A stretch of 26,097 bases of DNA from a virus (Duplodnaviria; Caudoviricetes), in the IMG/VR virus record IMGVR_UViG_3300047090_000285, positions 1 through 26,097 of that record, one strand, 5' to 3'. A program made the translations under genes and the position numbers. Shown here in pieces: positions 1-7,537 of the stretch; position 1 is the first letter of the stretch; each line of letters begins with the position of its first letter. The notes beneath the pieces were generated by a model that had not been told where the DNA came from, did no database searches, and worked only from the letters and a program-made list of their open reading frames with translations.

Positions 1-108
1 GTGCCGGTGCTGGATCTCCCACAGGCCGAAGGTCTGCGATGTCAGCGTCGGCGGACACCGGGCGGCGCGCAGATAGTCATTCGGTTTGAGCGCGATCGCG
101 GCGTTCAT
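1..108 (-). CDS. 5' part of a phage gene running off the left edge (MNAAIALKPNDYLRAARCPPTLTSQTFGLWEIQHRH...)
   Basis: ATG at 108-106 overlaps the TGA of 105..368 (ATGA coupling); frame open to the window edge. Confidence 0.6.
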   Translation of the reverse strand, partial: MNAAIALKPNDYLRAARCPPTLTSQTFGLWEIQHRH

Positions 109-368
109 TGCTTTTGGTGCGGTGGAACGTCGGGCACTCCGGCGTCCCATTTGTCGACGACCGCCCGCAGGCAACGGCGCATATGCGCGCGCGGTACGTT
201 GCTGACGTACTGATACTCAGCTATTCGCGGTGGCTCTCCAGGCCGAGTGAACGGGAACACGATGAGCGCAAGCCCCATCGGCTCGCCCATTTCCTTCTCC
301 GCGAACTGCTCCACGCGGCGCAGGAGCTTCTGCATTTTACGCGACAGCTTGAGGTCGAAAGCGTCCAT
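105..368 (-). CDS. Phage hypothetical protein (87 aa)
   Basis: Packed in the operon; globular-looking sequence GLALIVFPF...YQYVSN...R. Confidence 0.75.
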   Translation of the reverse strand: MDAFDLKLSRKMQKLLRRVEQFAEKEMGEPMGLALIVFPFTRPGEPPRIAEYQYVSNVPRAHMRRCLRAVVDKWDAGVPDVPPHQKQ

Positions 369-377
369 CAGAGCGCC

Positions 378-1280
378 TCAGAACGGGATGTCATCGTCGA
401 ACTCCAGGGGCGGTGCTTTCGGACGCCGCGCGAGCTCCTCGCGCGCCTCGCGCTTCAGCGCTTCAGGCGTCTTGCTGGAGGCGAGCACGCCGTCCAAGTA
501 GGTCTGCGTCACGTCCGCCCACAGCTCGCCCTTGAACCGCCCGGACGGCACGCGTGACAGGTCGATGCGCTCGTCGGGGCCGGGCGGCGCGGGCGGTGCG
601 TCCGGATGCGTAAAGATTTCCGACAGCCCAGCGAGCCGGAGCGTGGCGTCGATGTGTGCGCTCTTTTGACCCATCTTCAGCGCCTTGTTCAGATCGCCGT
701 TTTCCTGCTGGAGCGACCGGGCGCCGGTGCCCTCGGCGATCACCGCACCATTCGCCGCGAGGATCTGACATTTCAGGATGACGGAGTGGATCTGCACACC
801 GGTGACCGCAGCCTCCTCGTACCGCCCCAGATTCGGGAACGTGGGCGTTACCCCGAGCATGCCGCAGATTTTCTCGGCGCCGGTCTTGAAGAGGGTGTCC
901 TTGGTGAAGTGATACGGGTCCTTGCAGGCGTTGCCCAGCGCGCAGTCCTTCTTCTTTTTGAAGTGGATGCGCCCATAGTCGTAGCCCTCGACCAGGGCGT
1001 CCTTCACCCAGGTGACGAACGCGTTCCGATTCTGCGAGCGCACCTCCAGCGACTTCTTGAATGCCACCGGATCGACCGCCATCGGGTGATCAACCCCGAC
1101 CGGCAGGGCGGCCGGGTGCTGGGCCTCGGCCCGCACCGCAAGCTCCTGCCCGGTGGCGCGCGGACGCCCGAGGCGCGCGTTCCAGTCGCGGGTCGCCTCC
1201 CGATTCATTTTGTCATTGTGATCGGCGGCGGCCCCAGCCACCTCGCCGTCAATCGTGACTGCTGGACGGGTCGTGACCAA
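378..1280 (-). CDS. Putative ssDNA-annealing/recombination protein with C-terminal DUF3820-like motif and SSB-like acidic tail
   Basis: TLFKTGAEKI and NKALKMGQKSAHIDATL..SEIFT motifs resemble phage Rad52/Sak-like proteins; VPSGRFKGELWADVTQTYL resembles the PFGKxKG motif; ends EFDDDIPF; TTG start after GGAAGGA. Confidence 0.65.
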   Translation of the reverse strand: MVTTRPAVTIDGEVAGAAADHNDKMNREATRDWNARLGRPRATGQELAVRAEAQHPAALPVGVDHPMAVDPVAFKKSLEVRSQNRNAFVTWVKDALVEGYDYGRIHFKKKKDCALGNACKDPYHFTKDTLFKTGAEKICGMLGVTPTFPNLGRYEEAAVTGVQIHSVILKCQILAANGAVIAEGTGARSLQQENGDLNKALKMGQKSAHIDATLRLAGLSEIFTHPDAPPAPPGPDERIDLSRVPSGRFKGELWADVTQTYLDGVLASSKTPEALKREAREELARRPKAPPLEFDDDIPF

Positions 1281-1512
1281 TCGAAATTCCTTCCGGTTGA
1301 GCGGCGGCAGCCATAGCCGCAGCGGCGTCGGCCTTCGCGGCTCGATTCAGAGCGCCATGCACCGCGACCATGAGCCGATCGAGGTTGATGCAGTCCAGGG
1401 GCAGGTGGACTCGCGCCCGCGCCCGCTGCAGCGCCTCGCGCGCATCGTGGAGCTCGCGGGCAAGTTCGAGCGACGCCGTGATCGTGACTTTCGGCCTGGT
1501 CGGATGATTCAA
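1249..1512 (-). CDS. Phage hypothetical protein (87 aa, helical)
   Basis: ATGA overlap with 1509..1874; fills the operon. Confidence 0.65.
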   Translation of the reverse strand: MNHPTRPKVTITASLELARELHDAREALQRARARVHLPLDCINLDRLMVAVHGALNRAAKADAAAAMAAAAQPEGISIGHDPSSSHD

Positions 1513-1874
1513 ATATTTCTCCTGAAGAATTTTAGGGCGGCATCGAAAGGCGGCGTGCCGCGCGGTTTGATCCCAGCGAGCGGGGGCGGCCGATATCCAG
1601 TGATCAATTCGAGCTCGGCCATGCTCCCGATCTCCTCGCGAGCAGGGGCGGACGTGACCGGGTCCGGCAGGAGCTGCTCAGCGAGGGCGTTGTACTCGAC
1701 GACAGACCAGGCCCGCCCACCGATCTTCGCCATGACGGCCGGACGAATATCGATCTGCCAGCCGCACGTCAGACAGGTCAGTTCGCCGAGCGTGTGGGCG
1801 CCTTCCACGCCAGCCCGGCAGGCGTCGCAGGACAGGTGGGCTCCGCAGGACCGACAGAAGCATTCGGTCGCCAT
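1509..1874 (-). CDS. Zn-finger/ribbon hypothetical protein
   Basis: CRSC, CDAC and CLTC CxxC pairs; abuts the upstream stop. Confidence 0.65.
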   Translation of the reverse strand: MATECFCRSCGAHLSCDACRAGVEGAHTLGELTCLTCGWQIDIRPAVMAKIGGRAWSVVEYNALAEQLLPDPVTSAPAREEIGSMAELELITGYRPPPLAGIKPRGTPPFDAALKFFRRNI

Positions 1875-2297
1875 TTACTCGACGCCCCTCGCGCGCGCAA
1901 CACAATGCCGAGCAGCCGTCACCATGGCGTAGAGCGAATTGGGGTCGGCGGCCTGAGCCTCGTCATCCGGACCAAAGTCGTACTCCACGTCGACGAAAAG
2001 CTGCAGGAGCCCAACGGCTATTTTTGCCTCGGCGCAGTATCGGGCGTTAGCCCGCCGTTCTTCGATGGAGGTCGGCGGGGAGAAGTAGTGACCGCCTTTG
2101 ACCCCGCCAGCATAGTGATCGGCGCACATGGGATCCGGAGCACACGCGGCCACGCCGGTCATGTTTTCCGCGAACACGGTGGTGCGGTCGAGGCCGTCGA
2201 CCTGCCAAAGGCCATCGGTCGGCTCGACAGATCCGGCAGCGCCCCGCTCGTCGGGGGTGGGGGCGCTGCCTCGTGAGCCACGCTGGTTTTCGCTCAC
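1875..2297 (-). CDS. Phage hypothetical protein (140 aa)
   Basis: GTGA overlap with 2294..2536; abuts the next gene. Confidence 0.6.
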   Translation of the reverse strand: MSENQRGSRGSAPTPDERGAAGSVEPTDGLWQVDGLDRTTVFAENMTGVAACAPDPMCADHYAGGVKGGHYFSPPTSIEERRANARYCAEAKIAVGLLQLFVDVEYDFGPDDEAQAADPNSLYAMVTAARHCVARARGVE

Positions 2298-2536
2298 GTC
2301 GCCCTCACCTGGGCGAGGATTTCGTCAGGCTCAGTCGCCTTTCTTGGCCGACGCAGGTCGGCATAATGAGCCGCCTTCGCGTCAGCGACCGCCTGCGTGG
2401 CGATCTGAAGTGCGAGGCAGCACGGATGCTCGTCGTCGCGGCTCGGATTCATATAATCCCAGTGCGGACACGCCTGCGACGCAGCGCGTCGGTCACGCAG
2501 GGCAATCTGCCAGGCGCCGAGCGTTGAAGCACTCAC
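2294..2536 (-). CDS. Phage hypothetical protein (80 aa, Cys/His motif CPHW..HPCC)
   Basis: GTG start overlaps the csrA stop (GTGA). Confidence 0.65.
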   Translation of the reverse strand: MSASTLGAWQIALRDRRAASQACPHWDYMNPSRDDEHPCCLALQIATQAVADAKAAHYADLRRPRKATEPDEILAQVRAT

Positions 2537-2760
2537 GGCCGATCCACGCCGAGCTGCTGGAGGTCACTGCAGCCGACCGCCGCTGCGGTATCCCGCTGCT
2601 CGCGCTTGATCCGCTCATAGATTTCCTCGCGGTGAACGGCCACGTTCTTGGGCGCGTTGATCCCCATCCGCACCTGGTTCCCCTTCACCCCGAGCACTGT
2701 GACCGTGACGTCGTTCCCGATCATCACGGTCTCACCCACACGACGCGTCAAAATGAGCAT
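2533..2760 (-). CDS. csrA: Carbon storage regulator CsrA/RsmA homolog (75 aa)
   Basis: [52 protein letters not shown] is the canonical CsrA signature; SD AGGGAG upstream of ATG 2760; true start lies inside the longer track ORF 2533..3006. Confidence 0.97.
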   Translation of the reverse strand: MLILTRRVGETVMIGNDVTVTVLGVKGNQVRMGINAPKNVAVHREEIYERIKREQRDTAAAVGCSDLQQLGVDRP

Positions 2761-2762
2761 GG

Positions 2763-3476
2763 TCACTTCTCCCTTGTGATGACAGCAGGCCACGGCGCGG
2801 CGCGCAGGAACGCCAGGAGCGCCTGAGACATCCGATTGAAAGGTTCCCCACTCGGAACGCTTCGCAGCATTCCAGCGACCAAGACCGACCGCACCATATC
2901 GTCCGGACAGAGCGCGGCATTCAGGGCGTCCTGCGCCGCCAGCAACGCCGCCTCCGATGAGAGCGATACGGCCCGCTGGAAAAGCTCGCCGTTGCGACTT
3001 CTGCAACGTGCCGCCTCCGAAATCTCAGTCTCCGATAGGCATCGACCCGAAGCGAGCGGACCGAGAAACTGCCTCGCGGCCAGCACCGCCTCGAACACCT
3101 CGGGGTGATCGCGCTCCGGCAGAATTTCACTCAGAAACCAGATGAGGAACCGCCAAGGCACGGCCGAAAGATCGGCGCCGGGCTCGATCGCACGCAGAAA
3201 GGCACCCGGAAACTCACGGGCGCGCTCCCGATCCATGCGCTCAAAGATGCGGTCCTCGAGGTGCGCCAGGATCCTTGGGATGCCGAGCTCAATCTCGAAG
3301 GCCCTGTGATCGCTGCTGTGGATGGTGCGTCCGACCGCGCAGCCGCGGCCGTTCTCCCAGTACCGTCCGTGAATGATCTCGTCGGCCGCCGCGTGCGCCC
3401 GAACGCGCTCCACGTACCGCTGTTTGATCGCCGGGTCGCCGTGAAAAGCGCGAAGCGTTCCGATGCCTGGATCCAT
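2763..3476 (-). CDS. Phage hypothetical protein (237 aa), first gene of the leftward operon
   Basis: N-terminal [32 protein letters not shown] pattern recalled from phage hypotheticals; no HTH or S24 peptidase motif. Confidence 0.8.
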   Translation of the reverse strand: MDPGIGTLRAFHGDPAIKQRYVERVRAHAAADEIIHGRYWENGRGCAVGRTIHSSDHRAFEIELGIPRILAHLEDRIFERMDRERAREFPGAFLRAIEPGADLSAVPWRFLIWFLSEILPERDHPEVFEAVLAARQFLGPLASGRCLSETEISEAARCRSRNGELFQRAVSLSSEAALLAAQDALNAALCPDDMVRSVLVAGMLRSVPSGEPFNRMSQALLAFLRAAPWPAVITREK

Positions 3477-3550
3477 GCTTTGCCCCCGATTCGAGGGACG
3501 CCTGCCGGGGCGTCCCGAGGCGGTAGTAGTACGACAGATTCGCGGTCCGA

Positions 3551-3566
3551 GTCAAATCAATTTGAC
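3551..3566. promoter_or_regulatory. Perfect inverted repeat GTCAAA-N4-TTTGAC, candidate Cro operator overlapping back-to-back -35 boxes
   Basis: Lies in the 123-bp gap between divergent operons; gives TTGACC on + (3562-3567) and TTGACT on -; -10 boxes are not clear. Confidence 0.55.
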
Positions 3567-3599
3567 CGAAGTGCGAAATGTGTGAGAGGGTGCGCGCCA

Positions 3600-3782
3600 A
3601 TGAAAACCGAAACCGCGGTCGCCTACTACGGCACCCAGATCAAGCTCGCCCAAGCACTTGGCGTGTCGAAACAGCGGGTCTGGAACTGGGTGAAAGTGGG
3701 AGTGATTCCGGAGAATTTCGCGTATCGCCTGAAGGCAAAGACCCGCGGCAAGCTCAAAGTGGACGCGTCCCTGTATGGCTAG
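3600..3782 (+). CDS. cro: Cro-like HTH repressor (P22 Cro type, 60 aa)
   Basis: MKTETAVAYYGTQIKLAQALGVSKQRVWNW..VIPENFAYRL..TRGKLK matches the P22 Cro pattern (FGTQ..AKALGIS..W..VIPE..AYRL..T.G.LK); first gene of the divergent operon. Confidence 0.85.
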   Translation: MKTETAVAYYGTQIKLAQALGVSKQRVWNWVKVGVIPENFAYRLKAKTRGKLKVDASLYG

Positions 3783-4041
3783 ACCGATCGTTCCGCCCCC
3801 GATTCCGGTCCCACCCGGGGCCGACGACGCCCTGCGTCGCAAGATGCACCGGCAGGCGCAGGCGGAGCTCGTGCGTTACAACCCCGACACATTTCTGGCG
3901 CCCGGACAGAAGCGCACTTGGTGGCACCGGCTGATCGGCAAGCGGGAATACCCGGCCGAGCTCGTCTGCCATTGCGGCCGGGCGCTGCGCCGTGATCGTT
4001 GCCTGAGACATGGATCACCGGATGGAGAGAGCACCGTATGA
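3775..4041 (+). CDS. Phage hypothetical protein with C-terminal CxC...CxxH motif
   Basis: Overlaps the cro stop; ATGA coupling to the next gene. Confidence 0.65.
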   Translation: MARPIVPPPIPVPPGADDALRRKMHRQAQAELVRYNPDTFLAPGQKRTWWHRLIGKREYPAELVCHCGRALRRDRCLRHGSPDGESTV

Positions 4042-4460
4042 GCGATTTACTGCGGGAGAAAACCCTGGCCTATCTTCGGGATCGCTACCCAGCGTTGGCG
4101 TTGGTCGATTCGCCCCCGGCGGCTTCTCTGCTGGCCGTCAGCGGGGGCACCGAAGCAATGCGATCCGATGCCCTCAGCGAACTGGTCGGTTTCAGCGCGG
4201 GCTGGCTGGCTCGAGAGCTTGAAGATTCGCCCCCGCTGCCCCCGTTCGGCGTGCAGATCATTCGCGCGTTCCAGCCGGGCGACGTGGTGATCCTGCGTTC
4301 AACGCGTCCGATCAGCGAGGCCGAGGGGGAGCGCATCCGGAATGCGATCAGAGGAATGGGCGACCAGCTTCCGCAGGTCCGATTTGTGTTGATCGACGAC
4401 ACGCTGGAGGTCGTCGGTCGCGAGGAGCCCGTGAAGCCAGAAGTGGGAGCAGGCGGGTGA
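4038..4460 (+). CDS. Phage hypothetical protein (140 aa)
   Basis: SD GGAG, ATGA start; ..QPGDVVILRS..ISEAEGERIR..VRFVLIDD alpha/beta pattern. Confidence 0.7.
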   Translation: MSDLLREKTLAYLRDRYPALALVDSPPAASLLAVSGGTEAMRSDALSELVGFSAGWLARELEDSPPLPPFGVQIIRAFQPGDVVILRSTRPISEAEGERIRNAIRGMGDQLPQVRFVLIDDTLEVVGREEPVKPEVGAGG

Positions 4461-4684
4461 CCCCCGAACTGCAGCAGGCCGAAGCTCATCTGCGCGTGCT
4501 CTCGAAGGAGCTCACGCAGGCGAAACTGACGCTGCACGATGCCCGCGCCGAGCACGACCGCGTGAACTGGGCGTTCAAATCCCAGACCGCGAAAATCGCC
4601 GAATTGAGAGGGACCGCTCAGCCCGCTGATTCTGTCAAGTCTTGCGCAAAGCCAAAGCGGGGGAGTAGAAATGCAACCCCCTGA
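4457..4684 (+). CDS. Small coiled-coil hypothetical protein
   Basis: GTGA overlap; heptad pattern LQQAEAHLRVLSKELTQAKLTL. Confidence 0.65.
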   Translation: MTPELQQAEAHLRVLSKELTQAKLTLHDARAEHDRVNWAFKSQTAKIAELRGTAQPADSVKSCAKPKRGSRNATP

Positions 4685-5097
4685 CGCAGGACTCGGTGGC
4701 CTAACCGGCCTGCCGCCAGGGGGGGTCGCATGCGGGATTGACGTCCCGACTTGCGGAAGGTGTCGCCACACCAACGCTGCCTGTAATTATAGACAGCCGT
4801 TGCCGCTTTTCAACCGAGAAAAGCCGGTGTTTCCCCACCCTCCGTCGTCCGCACGTCTTCCCGCCGGCGCCTCCGGCGCGGACGGGGTGTCTACAGTGGC
4901 GCGCACGGGGAAATCTGCCTACCACGGGCCCTCATCAGGCAGCGCGCGGCGTAACGCTGGGGAGCGCGACAAGGGGCGGCGGGACGAAGATCCCGCCGAA
5001 TGAAGCCGGCAGCGGTCTGTCGCCGAAGCTCGCGATGGCCGCACGTTGCCCCCGCTTTACGCGGGTTGGGCATCCGTGCGGCTCGAGCAACCGAGCC
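4672..5097 (+). ncRNA. Candidate large structured RNA / cis-element (unassigned)
   Basis: About 10 stems found by eye, including a long-range helix 4792-4805/5007-5021 enclosing several hairpins; G-U pairs favour the + strand; overlapping ORFs look low-complexity. Confidence 0.5.
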
Positions 5098-5101
5098 CAC
5101 G

Positions 5102-5398
5102 ATGGCTAAGAGACCCCTGAAGTGTCGGAAGTGTGGCGAACGGATCCACCTGATTCCGAAGCCCGGATTTATCGTCCGAGGTGAGAGCCGGAACTTCGCG
5201 GTGAATGCCGATGACGCCCGTCCTCACTGGAAGCGCTGCAAGATCAATCAGGAGCTGGCCGCGGCCAAGAAGCTGCCGCGGGTCGCTCCGCCTCGTTCCC
5301 AGTACCACCCATCATCCCCACCGCAGGGCGGTCTCACCGGGCGCAGCCCGGGGAGAAGCTCCGGTGAACCACCGCAAGGAGACCTGTTCGATGACTAA
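5102..5398 (+). CDS. Zn-finger hypothetical protein (CRKC...HWKRC)
   Basis: MAKRPLKCRKCGERIHLIP..NADDARPHWKRC; start could alternatively be ATG 5000. Confidence 0.7.
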   Translation: MAKRPLKCRKCGERIHLIPKPGFIVRGESRNFAVNADDARPHWKRCKINQELAAAKKLPRVAPPRSQYHPSSPPQGGLTGRSPGRSSGEPPQGDLFDD

Positions 5399-5798
5399 AC
5401 CGCGCCGGCACGCGAAAAAGATCAACCCTCTACCCCCCGCAAAAGTCGACTTCCTGCTCCTCGCTGCCGAGGTGAAGGAAGCCAGCCGCCGCACGAACAA
5501 ACAGTTCAGTGCCATCCTGGCGAGGATTGAGGCGATCGAAGAGGATCTCGATTCCGAGCCCGACAACGCCGTGTCTTCTTCTTCCAACGAGCCATTCATA
5601 CCGGTCGATGCGGAAGGACGTCGGCAGTGGGGCGCCTCAGCAGTAGCAACATCACCGGACCTATCCGTCGACGTCCTCCAGATGGAGCTGGGCAAGCTCC
5701 GTGACGAGAATCGACGCCTTCACGCGCAATTGACCCAGGCCCGGCGCGATCTCACCGACGGCGAGCGGCGCTGGCGTCGACGACGGGGCGTGAAATGA
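5391..5798 (+). CDS. Coiled-coil hypothetical protein
   Basis: SD AAGGAG before ATG 5391; ATGA coupling downstream. Confidence 0.65.
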   Translation: MTKPRRHAKKINPLPPAKVDFLLLAAEVKEASRRTNKQFSAILARIEAIEEDLDSEPDNAVSSSSNEPFIPVDAEGRRQWGASAVATSPDLSVDVLQMELGKLRDENRRLHAQLTQARRDLTDGERRWRRRRGVK

Positions 5799-6238
5799 GC
5801 GCCGAGATCGAGGCGGAACTCGCTGAGGATCTCCGGATTTTCGGGAATTGCTTCTGGAAGATCGTCAACGGGCAGAAGGTCCGGGTCCACCCTCGAGATG
5901 TCCAGATCAATGCGGACGGTACGCTCGTCGGGGTGGATGGGCGCCTGGCGAGAATCGCCGAGCGCCGGACACGACATACCATCATGGACGGCGAGGTGGT
6001 GATGTTCGCAACCGACTTCGAGAGTCGGCCGGGCGTGCTCGGTGATGTCCACGAGCCGCAGGGTCCGTTCGAAATCAGCGCAAGCCGCAACCAGGTCGTC
6101 GTCCACCGAGCCGGTCTTTCAAGCGACACCGCGGTCGAGTTATTTGTCACCGCCATCAGGCAAGCCCAACGCGAGGCGCACCGACTGACGTCCGCCGACC
6201 GCGGGGGAAACTATCGAACCCACCAGGAGACACTTTGA
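5795..6238 (+). CDS. Phage hypothetical protein (147 aa)
   Basis: ATGA start; DLRIFGNCFW..RVHPRDV N-terminal motif. Confidence 0.7.
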   Translation: MSAEIEAELAEDLRIFGNCFWKIVNGQKVRVHPRDVQINADGTLVGVDGRLARIAERRTRHTIMDGEVVMFATDFESRPGVLGDVHEPQGPFEISASRNQVVVHRAGLSSDTAVELFVTAIRQAQREAHRLTSADRGGNYRTHQETL

Positions 6239-6879
6239 TGCTCAAACTCGAACGTCGCACGGCCAAGCTGGGCCCCGCGATCAACACCCGCACGCAAAAG
6301 CACGGGGCCGCCGATGTCACGGCCCTCGATATCCCGCTGGGCCGGATTGCCCTCACGAAGGAGGAGCTCTGTGAGGTCATGCTGGATGACCAGGCGTACA
6401 AGCATCTCTACATCAGCAAGAAGAAGAACCCCGACGAGCCGCGCTGGGGGCAGACCATCGGTGACATCGTATTCAAAGGGAAGGTCACCGGCGTGGTGGC
6501 GACGCTGTTCCTGGGTCGCCGCCAGTTGCGCGTGATCGACGCCAAGCTCTCCAAGGTGCGCGTGCAGCGCAATAGCGGCGGACTCAGTTGGTGGGATGTG
6601 CAGCTACAGTGCGTGCCGGACCTCGACGAGAGCCATCCGGTGATGGAGAACCTGTTCGCGCGGCTGAACCAGGAAATCGAGGTCGAGCTGGAAATCGAGC
6701 ATTACGGCGCCCAGCCCCAACTGCCGCTCGAGGATGAGGAGGAGGATGACAGCGAGCGCGATGATGACAAGGATGAGGAGCCGCCCAAGGCCGTCAGCGG
6801 CGAGCAGGGTGATCTGTCGGAAATGGGACGTCGGATCGCGGCGGCCGCCCGCAAGAAGCGCGGGGGGAAGAAGTCGTGA
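6238..6879 (+). CDS. Phage hypothetical protein with acidic tract and basic C-terminus
   Basis: SD CAGGAG, TGATG overlap; INTRTQKHG..ALDIPL motif; EDEEEDDSERDDDKDEE tract. Confidence 0.85.
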   Translation: MLKLERRTAKLGPAINTRTQKHGAADVTALDIPLGRIALTKEELCEVMLDDQAYKHLYISKKKNPDEPRWGQTIGDIVFKGKVTGVVATLFLGRRQLRVIDAKLSKVRVQRNSGGLSWWDVQLQCVPDLDESHPVMENLFARLNQEIEVELEIEHYGAQPQLPLEDEEEDDSERDDDKDEEPPKAVSGEQGDLSEMGRRIAAAARKKRGGKKS

Positions 6880-7163
6880 AGCCGGATGGCATCCTTCACT
6901 TCGACGGCAGGTCCGGCCGGGCGCACCTCGTGCCCGGCCAGGCCGCCATCCCCAAGCCTACCGTTTGCGCCTGGCTCCGCAGCCTCAAGGCCCAGGCGGA
7001 ACTGCGGCAGCGGCTGAATACGGCGCGGGAAGGGCGCGGCGCCCTGCCGATCCCGATGCACATCCCGCCGGCCGAGCTGCTCGCGGTCATCGCCCTAGCA
7101 TTTTCCGGGCTGCATGTCAGTGACGGCGTGGTGCCCTCGGCCCCGCCCAGGAGCGGCGGATGA
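6876..7163 (+). CDS. Phage hypothetical protein (95 aa)
   Basis: GTGA/ATGA coupling on both sides. Confidence 0.6.
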   Translation: MKPDGILHFDGRSGRAHLVPGQAAIPKPTVCAWLRSLKAQAELRQRLNTAREGRGALPIPMHIPPAELLAVIALAFSGLHVSDGVVPSAPPRSGG

Positions 7164-7537
7164 ATCTGAGCAACGCGGATCGGCGCTTCGGCCTCGAATC
7201 CGACGCGATCACCTGGCTGGCCGTGCACGGGAATCTGTGCCTTGCGCTGCGACACGAGGGGAATACCGGTGCCGCGCGGGAGATGGTCCTCGGGTTTCTC
7301 GAGAGTCTGAAAGAGATGCTCGTGAAGTCGAACCTCGTGACCCAGAAGGAAATCGACGAGCAGACCAGGACGGATCCCGTGCCCGCCGAGGCGGCCGGCG
7401 GCCCAGCGAAAAAGGGCGGCCCCGGGCACTGCGGGCGCTGCGACCACGGCACCGTCAAGCATTTCGCGGGCACCGGTCCCTGCGATGTCCCGGGCTGCGA
7501 CTGCAGGAGCTACCGCATGACGAAGATGGACGCATGA
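7160..7537 (+). CDS. Hypothetical protein with C-terminal Cys/His cluster
   Basis: HCGRCDH..H..PCDVPGCDCRSY; ATGA overlaps. Confidence 0.7.
   Translation: MNLSNADRRFGLESDAITWLAVHGNLCLALRHEGNTGAAREMVLGFLESLKEMLVKSNLVTQKEIDEQTRTDPVPAEAAGGPAKKGGPGHCGRCDHGTVKHFAGTGPCDVPGCDCRSYRMTKMDA

Noticed and set aside
2761-3006. 82-aa N-terminal extension of CsrA in the ORF track
   Set aside because: Overlaps gene 2763..3476 in another frame; canonical start with SD at 2760
4672-5097. RNase P RNA, tmRNA or group I/II intron identity
   Set aside because: No GAGGAAAGUCC, no tmRNA acceptor ends or tag frame, no intron core or domain V motifs seen
4660-5100. Structured region as a CsrB/RsmZ-like sponge for the phage CsrA
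   Set aside because: Only about 8 GGA trinucleotides, roughly chance level at this GC content, and most lie in stems rather than loops
4671-5109. ORFs 4671..5003 and 4738..5109 as proteins
   Set aside because: Pro/Gly/Arg/Ala-rich with no recognisable domain; not listed as CDS, though 4671..5003 has an SD and ATGA coupling and cannot be excluded
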